50,099 bases of DNA, from NCBI GenBank assembly GCA_023231475.1, contig JALJEE010000556.1, positions 62,001 to 112,099 on the forward strand. Direction: 5' to 3'. Each line of letters begins with the position of its first letter. The stretch's first letter is position 1. Shown here piece by piece: positions 1 to 12,416 of the stretch. The translations under genes were made by a program, and so were the position numbers. A model generated the notes under the pieces. It was not told the DNA's origin, did not search any database, and worked only from the letters and a program-made list of their open reading frames with translations. Source of the stretch: Seison nebaliae (lineage: Eukaryota).

Positions 1-531
1 AGATTATCAATTATTATTAAACATCTTGTCAACATCAACATCTATTATTGAATTGATTCCACTGATGAATAATAGTTCTGTGTAGTGTAATGCTCGAAAA
101 TATTAATTTTTGCTATTGTGAATTTTCCTTTTAATTCTTTTGTGCATCATCCTTCTCGTAATGTGTCGTACACAAAGAAATTTTTGTAGAAGAAATTTAA
201 CTAATTGAAATGTTGGGACAGATTCATCATGTAATTCAAATAACCTTTCCCTTCTTCCTTCATTTCATCTACTGGTTGAAATGGAACATTCACATTATTC
301 GATGGAGTTAAATAATATAAAAATTATTGTCCTATAAAAATAGTTTTTCAATAGTTTCAATAGATTATTTATCAAACGATTTTCCAACTTTTCTCTTATT
401 TTTTCATGTGAATTATTCATAAACTTATTCTTCTCCACATTGAGAAAATAAACGATTTGTGATATCAGACTTCGAAATTCCTTCTAAATTCTATTTGTTC
501 CTTTTCCCTTTAAAACAAATATATTTCCCAG

Positions 532-1521
532 ACGAAATATTCAAAGGAAATTCCATCCTACACCAATTTCCTAAAGAATGAAGCAAGTACCTCTCAATTG
601 CGACGACCAATAATACATCTTCTCCCTGAAATTCCTGCCTACTCACAACATAAAGCACATGATTTGATTGCAATGAATAATCGGATACCTTCTCTTTCAA
701 CTGTATCAATATTTACGACGGATTTAATGGCGACAAAATTGAATGAACAACCCCTCCTTTATTCAAATAGTTTGTATTGTTCCTCTTTTTTTTCGATTGA
801 GCATTTGACGAATATTGCGGAAAGAAAGTGTCCCATTCTCATGAAATTGGACGTAATGCGACAGAGTGGGAGAATTGGTTAAAATAATTATTGAAATGTT
901 TCAGGCAAATATTATACAATGAGAATGACATTTTTATGTTCCATATTATATTTCGTTCGAATGAACTGAAATTAATCTTATTATGATTAACTTTATCAAA
1001 GAAGTAAACTTATTTTATGTATTAGAAAGTAAAGAAAAAAGAAAAAAAAGTATTCTTCATAAAACGACATTTTCTCCTTCTCTATTACTCATTCTTTAAT
1101 GTTTCAATTAGGTTCGTTAAGAGAAGCACAAAATGACATAACTGGAATCGCATTAACTTTCTCCAGTATACTCATCATATCCATCGTCCTTCTAATACTA
1201 CTTCTCATTCTCATCTGCATCGGTATCGGTGTTTATCGATATCGTTATAATACCAATTCGGGTTCGTATACAATCGAGGATATTGATGATGTTGGACGAT
1301 GCAAATCTGGATTCATACCAACTGAAGCGGCAATGTTAGCACCAACCATATCGGAAATCAATGAACATGTTCTCATGAATAATCACAATATGAATAATGA
1401 TAACAACAACAACAACAATAATAATAATATTGTTCATTGTCATTCAAGTCAACAAGCTGAAGTGAAATTATTGGACAATCCTCATATTCCACTAGCCTTC
1501 CAACGGGAATTTTATGTATAA
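532..1521 (+). CDS. 3' exons of a single-pass membrane protein with a neurexin/CASPR-like tail (5' end probably outside the window)
   Basis: The last exon (1112-1521) encodes a TM helix, then VYRYRYNTNSGSY (cf. neurexin YKYRNRDEGSY) and ends REFYV (cf. the neurexin KEYYV PDZ ligand). A putative upstream exon 532-877 joins in frame via a GTT..AG intron 878-1111. Confidence 0.55.
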
Positions 1522-2128
1522 ACATTTCACGACTAATATTAAAAATGAAATAATATTATATTATTTCTCTTCAACTTCCATCAATCATTCAATTGATCTC
1601 ATCGAACAATAAATTTGACTTCTCGTTGGGGACAGATATCGAAAATGTTGACAATACAAAGATGGACAACAAAAAGAAGTTAACAAGAAATGAAGTGAAA
1701 TGAAAGATGAAGAAATTTGATGAAATTTTTTTTATTTAATAAATTGTATAAATAACTCTTTATAATAAGTGAATGAATGAAAGTGAAAAGAAGAAAACAA
1801 AATAGATGAATGTTGATAATTTTAAATCATTTTTTTTTGATTGTTATCGAATAGTCGATGGAGTAGAAGAATGAAGAAGAAATATTTGAAAAGATAAAAT
1901 TGGAGAAATAACAAAAAAAATTTTAATAAATTAAAAGTTTGTGATATTATATAAATATTTTCGTTCTTCAGTTACTACATCTTTGGGCGTTGTGGACGAT
2001 TGAAATATATTTTAAATTCAATATATTAAATCATAGTTAATGATTTCTATTGATTATCAGGATTTCGATAAATGTAATGAGATTGATGAGAAAAATATAA
2101 ATATTTTTTATAGAAATCAGAATGGACA

Positions 2129-5100
2129 TTATGCGAATTGTAATGCTGACGATGAAGATGGATGAAGAACCGGCGATGTTATTAAGTTATCATCCATATT
2201 CAACAAATTATAATTCTGATTTGTTAAATGTGACTGATTACTATTTGTATTATTGTTGTTGTTACTATTATTGTTCGTGTTGATATGTTCGTTTAAGTTG
2301 AATGATCTGATATTGGTGTTTGAATGATTGATTGAATTGAGATTAGGTTTAGTCATGAAACTCTTCTCGTCGATCTCTGGAAGAAGATTATTTCTATAAA
2401 ATGTTGATTCGTTCTGAGTATCTAATAGGAAATCATTATCATATTCCATCGATCCATGAGAATATTCGCTTAAGAAGAAATGATTATGTTGATCATTCAA
2501 ATATTCGTCGTTCATAAACATATTGAATGATGATTGATCATTACTATTATTATTCATTTCAAATCGATTATTATAATTCTTCATTAAATTATCATTATCA
2601 ATAAATGAATTCAATTTATTCGGATCTTCAATCAATCGATTATTATCCGATTTGTAACAATCCGTAAAATTAAAATTATTATGTTGATTAACGACATCCA
2701 CCATATTATGATTCGGTTTGATTACATTCATATTATTTTGGTTCGTGTTGTTAATCGACTGATTACCATAATTGAACGACGGTTGTCGTTGAGGTGAAAA
2801 ACTCATATCATAACTTCTCTTCTGACCAGTTGGTGAGATGCTTTCCATATTATCGTGATGTTCTGGTATCTCGACCGGTTTCGCACAATTATCAATATTT
2901 AAGAGATTTGATTGATATTGATTCAAATTCGACTTGTCTTTCATCTGAGATATACTATTTGTCCTTTCTACCACTACGATTGGATTACGCTCTTCTTTCA
3001 TTCCGTTATCCATATGATGATGGTTATTCGTCAAATTACTACTCAAGAATGTTGTTGGTGTTGTTGCAGGTACCACCGTTGTTGTTGTTATTGTTGTTGA
3101 TTTGGATTGTGAATGAATTGGGATTGTGTCCTTTTCCATTTTAATTCCATTCAGATTAAATTGATTATTCATTGTCAAATTATTATTATTATTGTTGTTG
3201 TTGTTGTTATATAATAATTCATTTAAATTATTATTGCCATGAATATTCAAATTAGTTGAGTGTTTATTAGATGGTGTGATTAATGATGGAGAGAAACCAT
3301 AATTATTAATATTATTATCAGGTGAATATTTATCTTTTATTCGATTACCGTAATGATGTTTGTAAACGAGAGACATTGCTTGAGAAGAGCCTGGATAGAT
3401 TGGTGTAAACAACTCACGATGTAATGGAGGAATAATATTATTACACATTTTCATCGTACTCTCCAATGAACTAATAATCTCTAAATATCGATAGGATAAT
3501 CCACGTAAATGAAATAGATCTTGTCTGATTTCATTCGATTCACTTTCACACAATTCATTGAATGTTTGCTGAAGCTTCTCTTGCATCTTACTCACTTGAC
3601 TGGTATTCACTAAATATGGAGCGTCTGTCAGAAGGAAAACATTGTTAATAAATTTTATCGTGATTTTAAAAATTTCAATTCGTTTGAACCTGATTGAAAC
3701 AAGTAAAGACCACACAATAATGACAATTTCCGTTGTCCATTTAAGACACTCGATAGATGGTTTGATATCGTAAGAAAATTGAGAATATCTTCAAAAAATT
3801 TCCTTTCTTGTTCATCTAAAACATATGAAATAATTTATCAACTTTCTAACATTTTAAACGCCAACTTAATAGTTGTAGTAACAATTTGCTGTTGTTCATT
3901 AAATCCGCACAAAAATTCTTATCCTGGGAAATGACATATGTCGAATATAAAACTGACACTCCGAAAACACCTTGGAAGAAAAGAAGCAATTCATATTCCA
4001 CACATTCATATTTCGAAACACTAACCGTTTTTCAATAAAGTAATTTGATCTTCTTGAACTAATCGCAGGAAGCCTGGGATCTTTTTAGCGAACTCTATAA
4101 CATTCTGAACGTTTTCGATGAGAACATTCAAAAATAATTTCCACACAATCTGTCGATTCTGAAGGAAAATTCCATTCAATTCGAAAAATTTAGAAAAAAA
4201 ACCGTTTGGTTGTTGAATTGGTTGTGATCTTTATTATAATAATTTTTGAAGAATTCTTTCACTAATTTTATTAATTCATCACTCTTCATATATTTATTGA
4301 ATGATTCTTCAATCTCATCAATAAACTCTTCTAGAAATGGGAAAACTCATAAAGAATTTTGAATAAATATAATTTTTTTGGAACTTGATTTATTATTCAT
4401 GTTGTTGTCGCTGTTGATATTGTTGTTGTTGTTATTATTCTTGTTATTATTATATTTTTGTTGCATATTTTTATTGTTGTTGTTGTTATTATTAGTTGAA
4501 GTGTTAGAAATGAAAGTTGAAGTATTATTTCTTTTATCTTTCTTCTCTTCTTTAACTTTCTGATAAGTCGGTGAGAATGTTGACACATGAGATTCGGGAG
4601 AATATTCTTCATAGTTTTGAGCATTCGTCAATAATGAATGAGATGATGGTGATTGTTTGTTGAGAGAATATGGATTGGCTGACTTTCGAGTATTCATAAT
4701 TTTTACTTCTTGTCTAATCGCTTCATTCGACGATGGTGAAAGATTTGGTGAACGGTTCGTTTCTGGTGGTGTCAAAATGTTGTTCCTATTATTTTGATAC
4801 GTATTGAAATTTGACATATTGTTCTCTTTCGGTTCTTCTTTGATTTCTATGTCGTTCTGAATACGTTTCCGTTTAGATGGTGATAAAAGAATTTTGTCAT
4901 TCTTCTGTTGATCTTTACTTTCATTCAGTTCGTTTGTTGCAATCGTCAAATTTTCATTTGATTGCATCATTTTTGGTGACAAGTTATTAGATGAGGATGA
5001 AGTTCTCAAACTAGCAACTGATGGTGATGAAGGAGGAATTCGATCATAAAATGAATTTGGAATGGCCATATTATTTGGAATAACGCCACAATAACCGAGA

Positions 5101-6164
5101 TGGCTACCGTTGTTTAACTGATGATAATTATTTCTCGAATTTTGATATTGAATAAAAGGAAGACGTGTTTGAATGTTATGATATGATGAATTTGGAAGAT
5201 TATTTCCATTCTTATTGTTCGTTATTTGTTGATTGGTTGTGGGAAAGACATTGAACCAATTTCTCGGATTTTGAATTAATCCTTCATTATTATTATTATT
5301 ATTGTTATTATTATTATTATTATTCGTAATAGTATTAGTTGGTATTTGTCCCATTTGGTTTTGGTTAGACAAGGAAGCTAACAAATTTGCATGATGTGCT
5401 GCCGCTGCATGGAACGGGGCGGTATTATTGTTCCCATTGTTTGCGATGAAACTTACCGCTGCAGCAGCGGCAGCTTGATGTTGTTGATAAGCTAAAGCCG
5501 TTGCTGCTGCTATTTCCACTGCTCTCTTATTCTCACTAACAACTTTCGCCTTTTGTTTCTTCGACATTCGACCAAATTTAACAGCTAAAATAAAATTGGA
5601 TATATGAACAGTAACTGAATTGTAAACGAATATGTAAATGACTAACCATCTCTAGACATTCCTAAGGCTAAACACTTTTGCAACCTACAATATTGGCAAC
5701 GATTTCTGTTCAATCTATCAATGATACAAGCTTTATTTCTCGAGCAAACATATGTCACATTTGTTGAGTAGCTTCGTCGGAAGAACCCCTAAATGCAAAA
5801 ATCATAAAATATTTAAATTAAAAAATCAAAAATTCTTTTATGTAACTTTACATCCTTCACATGTTATCACACCATAATGTACACCAGAACTCTTATCTCC
5901 ACAAACTTTGCACGGAATATTTTCCAATTCTGAAATAAAAAGAAATTAATTAGATTGTGTTTTATTGCAACAATATTTTTAATTTTTTTTAATTTTAATT
6001 TGTTTAGTGTCTTTTCTCAATGATGTTAAAGTGGTTGTTATTGAAAGGAAATTAAGATATTTACTTTGTAGCTCCTCAAAATTAATATTAAGAAAATTGC
6101 AAATCGATTTGTTGCCTTGCATTGGAGTTGGATTGCCTAAAGTTGGTAACTGTCTCATTGCCAT
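2129..6164 (-). CDS. HR3: Nuclear receptor of the HR3/ROR (NR1F) group; 8 introns placed, 5' end uncertain
   Basis: Spliced DNA-binding domain [30 protein letters not shown]...[38 protein letters not shown] is diagnostic of NR1F. LBD signature [26 protein letters not shown]-2-like PPLHRELF. Introns 5930-6064, 5789-5846, 5585-5646, 4331-4384, 4159-4202, 3971-4025, 3816-3865, 3625-3689. Confidence 0.93.
5285..5325. repeat. (AAT/AAC)n trinucleotide repeat encoding poly-Asn in the HR3 hinge; similar tracts near 1400-1430, 3181-3210 and 4415-4495
   Basis: A run of attattattattattgttattattattattatt is directly visible. Confidence 0.9.
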
Positions 6165-8935
6165 GATGATGGTGGGGTAATGGAGTTTATGGTATAATCT
6201 GATATTTTTCTTTAACTAATATTTACATGAAATTAAACCAATTGCATATTCATGAAAATGAAATAAAAAGAAGAAGTTCTGTTAGACAAATGACACCATG
6301 TTCAATATCAGGGTATAAAAGAAAATGAGATCTCTCACTCGAAATATTTTGAAAATGATGAAAACTTATCAAATGATTTCCATAGATAAATTTTTTTTAT
6401 TACCAATAGGAAAAAAGTGAGGGGAAGAAAGAGAGTTTTGAAGAGTAAAATGAATTTCGGGTGAACGAGACACTATGAGACTCACTCACATTTCTGGCAA
6501 CGTGATCCTTCTCGATAAAAGAACTTATCTATACTTGAATATGTTTCTTGTTGCTTTCTCTTCATTATCATTTGTGCGATTTACCAAAAGAGATTCTTTT
6601 TCATTTTATTTATACACATCTCTCATCAATAACGTTGAGAATATGTAGATGATTTGTATAGATACTTATACTAATCGGTGAAAATATGGTATCGGGAGAA
6701 CCAACGTATACCATCGCCCATATGGAGAAAATGGATTTATTTATCTCAATAATATTTCCATCGATATAAATATCGATTCGCAAATGGAAGAATATGTATA
6801 TTGGAATAAGTAAACGTGTAGGTTGAGGGGGAGATATGAAGACTGAAAGAAACATTGTGTATACAAAGCATAATGTGGTTATTTGTAAAGGTCTTTTTCT
6901 TTCAACCGTCGTCCTCTACGCCCCTCCATTTCCATCCTCTCTCTCTTTTTCTTACACGACTGATATTTCTTATTCTCAGGTGTCGTCGTTATTTCTCCGT
7001 TTACTGACTAGAGACGTGATATGTGACTATGAAAAGAATAATCCTCATGCAAAAAACCGCGAAATACTCAATGCGTCCTTCTATTTGTTTTTAATTATCA
7101 TATGGACGCGGGATAGTCCGTAGTCGACCGTGTAGCTTTCCTCTCTTTCCTATTCACTTCTCAATTAAAATAAATTCTTTTCTTTTACAAATAGACGAAA
7201 AATCCCATTCAAACAATCGACAGATTTAGCAGCCAAATCCACGGACACATCGGAAGGAGAAAAGGATCTACGCTTATTCTTATCTGATCTTCTCATTCAA
7301 CATAATTCCAATGATAACAATGATAAAAATGATAATTAAAGAATAACTAAAAGAACATTGAGAGAAAGAAAAGATTTCATGAAACTAAATATTTCATCTT
7401 AGTCCTTACAAATCCTTAAAAAATAAAGGAATTCTTCTTGTAATTGATGGTCATCCTTTTTCTTCCTGAAAATTATATACGATTCTTCTTTTGGTTTGTT
7501 TACTTAAATGTAGTCATTCTATCCTTCCTATCGATATGGATATGTATCTCGTGAGAATCCGAATACGATATCACAATTTATATACAACATGAAATTTCTC
7601 AAGTTGCCACATGATTAGTTGGGATTCACAAAAAACGTTTCCTTCAACCTCCACTAATACAACTTCATTTTCAGACGATTTCTCAAATAAATTATCCTTC
7701 CAATCGGTTCAAATTTATTCATCTTCGTACTCCTTCCCAGTGTTCAATAAATTTAGATTAAAATTTTTTTGAAAAAACTTCTGAATGACAACGAATTCCT
7801 GAAGATTAACAGATGGAACTGTGTTCGTCTTCTCATAGAAATAAATGAATTTTTCCAATTAAGTAAAATGTGACAGTTTGGAACCATCTTCCCGGAATTT
7901 AGTAGTTAAGGATATTGTTATTAACCTGAAAACATGTTATTCAATTATTCATTTTTTTTCTCGACAGAAAAAAAAATTTTCTTTTCAATTCGCTTCCCGT
8001 CCGTGTTATTGAGAATTGCGTAATGGAATATTTCCGATACTAAATGATAATATTGTACAATATCGATTACCAAATTCAAAGAAAATTAATTTCTAACAAT
8101 ATCACCAAAAATACCAAATTAAATTAGGTTGTTAATAATAAAAAATTAAATATTCTCGTGAAAAAATTATTTAAAATTAAAATAAATTTTTTCCCAGTAT
8201 CCCAATGAACATTTTCTATTTGACAAATAATGATAATGAAGTTATAATTCTTATTGTCAATTATGATCGTTGAAAACATTCCTTCAATAAAATGAAAAAT
8301 CGATTAGTTACATTCTTTCCGAATTTCATGTATCGAGTATTATTGTGAACGATATGAGAATTGGTTGAAAATAAATTTTCATAAAAATAATTAATGAGAA
8401 AAAATGGACATTGGTCAATAAAGATTGGAAATAAACTCACGAAAATAAAGAAATGTCTTTCAAAAAATTTTCATCAACATTCTTTTATTTCTTGCGGATA
8501 CACAATGAATTGAGATTCTTGTCAAAACTGATGTTAAGTGTTAAACTGTCGACAGTGGACATGTTAAAAAGGAAGAAAGTTTATTTGGTGAAGAAAATGG
8601 TGAACGAACATTTCATCAATGTTATAACATCGAAATATTTGAATTTCGTAAGTCGGACATACTATTCGTGAGGGAAAACGACGTCAAAATGACCGAAGAG
8701 ATTATCAATTTAAAACGAATAATAAAACTTATAGAAAGAGATTGGCAATGGTGAATGACTGCTACATCTCAAATTTAATTTTCCAATTATTTCTTTTATA
8801 TAATAATTATGTGCCCGATTCATTCTTTATCTCCACCCTTACATCTGCATACGAAACATCTTCTCTTTAGTAGAGTTCGGATAAATGATGAACATCCTCA
8901 CCGTCAAGATGAAGAAATATAGCGAAGTTTATAAT

Positions 8936-8980
8936 CACACATACACACATACAATATATATGTATATATATACATATATA
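8936..8980. repeat. (CA)/(TA) dinucleotide microsatellite
   Basis: cacacatacacacatacaatatatatgtatatatatacatatata. Confidence 0.8.
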
Positions 8981-10343
8981 AACGGACATATACCTCAATA
9001 CTAACTTAGGAATAGTAGGAAAGAAATAAGAAAAACGACCAGACCAAAACGTTTCTTTGTGGTCAATACTGTAACGCTGACGATGGTAATAAGAATAAGA
9101 ATAATAATGATTATGAAAATGTTGAAAAATATATAATTCGGTATAAAAATAAACGTTCGTATACAATAGTTATATGGTGTGTTATAAAATTTCATTTATT
9201 TACTTCACTACGAGTTTTATTGGTGAATTTAATAGATTCAACATATACGTCTCAATACGTATAATATGCATCACCGTTATAATAAGACTATGCTGACAAC
9301 GATACTAGAAAGAAAGTTTAATAAGTTTTTTCTTTACCGCACTTCATTTTTCGATTTATTTTGGGAAACGCGTAGTGGTCGATCTCTACACATTCAATGT
9401 AACACTCAATTTCAAGGGAAAAGTACTTGGTAATGAATTATGTGCGAGCCATCGGTCAATGTGATATTAGTGTTTTGTGGGAAATGTGTGAAGTGACTAG
9501 TCCGAATATAGTCATCTTCATATTGATAAGTATACAGATTGAAAACAATTGATGTGAAGGGAAACGTCTTTAGCGATTGATGATTCTTATGATAATGTTC
9601 GACGTCCTTTCATTCTCTCCACGATCCACTGATTATTGTAATCGATGTAATTCTTCAACGATGTTGAGAAGACCAACGAAAACTTTCCTTTGTCAAATAT
9701 AATTGTTTATCAATACCTGCATCTAATTAACATTTTCATACAACATCTTCCAATCTAGTCAGAACATTGCTACTTTCTCACATCTTTCAAACTTAGTTTT
9801 TCATTTAAACTTAAAAAATTCTTTAGGTTGAAGTTGAATTAAATATTGTAATAAATAAAAATTATTCAGAATTTATCATAATTCGAAAATTGTTTTAAAA
9901 AGAAAAATGAATTTAATAAAAAAAAATTAATTAAATTAGAAACATGTTTTAATTTTTTTCTTGTTTTCATTTAATTCAGGGAATTAATTAAATTTTTTTT
10001 AAAATTAAACTGACAAAAACTGTGAAAAACTAAAAATTTTATTAGGAATTTTGAAAATTTTATTAATTTATATGGCAGAAATAAAATGATAGTTCAATTT
10101 ATTTATTATCCAGCAAGCAACTTCCAATATGGGCATCTTATCATGTTGTTCGTTTCCAATTTTGATATTTATTATCATTTTATTAAGAGTGATTCAGTGT
10201 CAAATAAATAACTTATTAAATAAGAGACAACATATCGTAAATAAAATGTAAACAAAAAAAAATTCTTTTTTTGTATCAAAAGTAAATATTGAGTCATAAT
10301 ATGAAATTCTTTTTTTCAAACTGTATCATCAGTTGGAAGAATC

Positions 10344-11391
10344 ATGACTGATCTTTCAAAAAACCAGTATTATGCGCCTCAAATTCCGCAAATTTGTACA
10401 GCCTTATCAAGAAATGTTTTAGACGCAGAAAGTCAACGAACAAAGGATGACGATAGAGAAACATCATATTATCACTCAGTTGATGAGAATCGTAGAGAAC
10501 TGCCAAAAACTAGAATGAACAATTCTGGTTTTTGGGGAGATCGTCATTATCGTCGAGGTTCAGATTTTTTGATGAATAGTCCAAATTAGAATATTTTCTT
10601 AAAGGTACTCATGTTGTTTTGATTGGTGTCATCATGTTCGTTTTGGCAATTGTGCTCGTTGGAGTATTTTTTGCTCAATGGTGGAGTAACGAGATAAATA
10701 TTCCATTTCAAGTTTTATCGATAACTCTCCTAGTTATAAGTATCGTATTGATATTGGGTGGATTATTAGCAAATTGGATAGTTAACGATTATCCGAATTA
10801 TTATTATTTTTGGGGTGAACCGCCTAGTGGTTGGCGACCAACATCATATCTCATTATTATATCCTTTATCATGATTGGTATTGGAGGATTGTTGGCTGGA
10901 AATGGATGGGCATTTTGGTGGAGTCTTCATCAATATCAATTATCTGCTCGTCGAATTAATGTTCCTTTGCAAGGTGCATCTATCATCATTTTCATTGTAT
11001 TCGGAATCACTTTAGTTGTATGTATCGCAATAAATTTATGGAAATGTCGTCTTGCTGTCGATAGGAAATACAGAATAAAATATATGACGGACCAAATGAA
11101 AAAGAAGCGTAAGAAGATACGAACAGATGAGAGACGTGAACGTCGAAAACAACGAACAAAATTCTTAGAAAGCGATAATGAGAATGAAGTGAATAAAGGT
11201 TAATTATTATAGAATTAAACTTCATTTTAATCTTGTATATTTCCATCATTTCAGAAGCATTTTATTCAACTTACCAAATGAACAATTCTCGCTATTTCAC
11301 AGCAAGTACTCATGGAAATGTTGCAACTAGCATCGAACCATTAGGAGCTACAATGAAACAATCATCACCTTGTTTGGAAACAGATGTTTAG
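10344..11391 (+). CDS. Orphan four-TM membrane protein ending in a class I PDZ-binding motif (ETDV); 3 exons
   Basis: Introns 10558-10604 and 11199-11254 (both GTT..AG) join ORFs 10344 and 10619 and a last exon ending ...CLETDV* (TAG 11389-11391). Four hydrophobic segments and a basic cytoplasmic tail. Confidence 0.7.
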
Positions 11392-11589
11392 CATTGAAAG
11401 AAATTTTTGTATAATTAACAGAACAAATATCTGAATATTAAAAAATTAACATAAAAACTTCATATTAATCTCTATGAATAGATTGAACTTAAAAAATTTT
11501 TCTTTTCACATCCAGAATGAATTTCATTTCATTTCAGTTCAACCAATTACAATTTTTAAAAAAAGATACCTTAAGCTTTCGAAGACTCT

Positions 11590-12162
11590 ATGAATCTATC
11601 TGCCCAGTCGGGTATCAGTGGCACGTCATGGATAACTCAAAAAAAAAAGTCTATCAAAGAATTAATTTATATGTTTTGTTGCTGTTTAATTCCCCAAACC
11701 ATCCCTCGGCATGTAGTGGTTAGAATTCATGAAAAAGAATCTTCTCCTTCATTAACTGAAATGAGAACACCGGTAAAACGAACAGCATTACGGATGAAAA
11801 AATCCGAAACAGAAGGGATAGAAGAAAGTCAAAGAGAATATGAACAATCAAGAGAGAGTAGTGTAACGTTTGGCTTAGTGGAAGAAAAGCTCATTGAACC
11901 GACAAGCAATTTCTGTTGCAATTGTAGGATCTTTTGTAAGAAAATACTTCGATTAAATTCTAGTAATGATAGTTATGTGGTAGTTTATGATCTCCCACAA
12001 GACCGTTCATCAAATCAGAAATCAATGAGAGAAATCCACATTTTCCGAAGTAAAAATTCCAACAGTGAAGATACAGAAACTTTGTCCGAAAAATCGTCCA
12101 AGAAAAGTCATTTTTCTCATATGAGTACCAAAAGCAATGTCTCTAATAAAAGCGAATATTAG
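11590..12162 (+). CDS. Hypothetical 190-aa Ser/Lys/Glu-rich protein with two Cys clusters
   Basis: A 190-codon ORF is long for DNA this AT-rich. It contains MFCCCL and FCCNC clusters; no family recognised. Confidence 0.45.
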   Translation: MNLSAQSGISGTSWITQKKKSIKELIYMFCCCLIPQTIPRHVVVRIHEKESSPSLTEMRTPVKRTALRMKKSETEGIEESQREYEQSRESSVTFGLVEEKLIEPTSNFCCNCRIFCKKILRLNSSNDSYVVVYDLPQDRSSNQKSMREIHIFRSKNSNSEDTETLSEKSSKKSHFSHMSTKSNVSNKSEY

Positions 12163-12416
12163 AGAATGATATTAGAAGGGAGGTTCTAATTATAGACAAT
12201 GCCAGAGAAAATTCAATGAAAATTTTTCTGGAAAATAATGATATACATCTGCATACAAAATTATTAATCATTTTGATTTGATTACGAGTAGAATAAGAGA
12301 GAATAGGAGGAAAATATTTTTGTTGAGTACTATTATAGAATTTGATGCAACAGATGTTCAAAAGAAAGTAATCGAAATTCAAAAGAAGAAACTTTTCATT
12401 CTAAAGGTAATGTTTC

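Noticed and set aside
4378..4563. Poly-Leu ORF on the + strand, and similar antisense or alternate-frame ORFs (2794-3144, 48400-48729, 38432-38716)
   Set aside because: They are shadows of low-complexity codons in real genes on the opposite strand.
5930..6064. Idea that longer introns use canonical GTA donors and short ones GTT
   Set aside because: It rests on one example; the putative 234-nt intron 878-1111 starts GTT.
9486..9523. Hairpin GTGTGAAGTGACTA...TAGTCATCTTCATAT as a possible pre-miRNA
   Set aside because: The stem is only about 14 bp, too short, and TGACTAGT does not match the miR-279-type TGACTAGA start.
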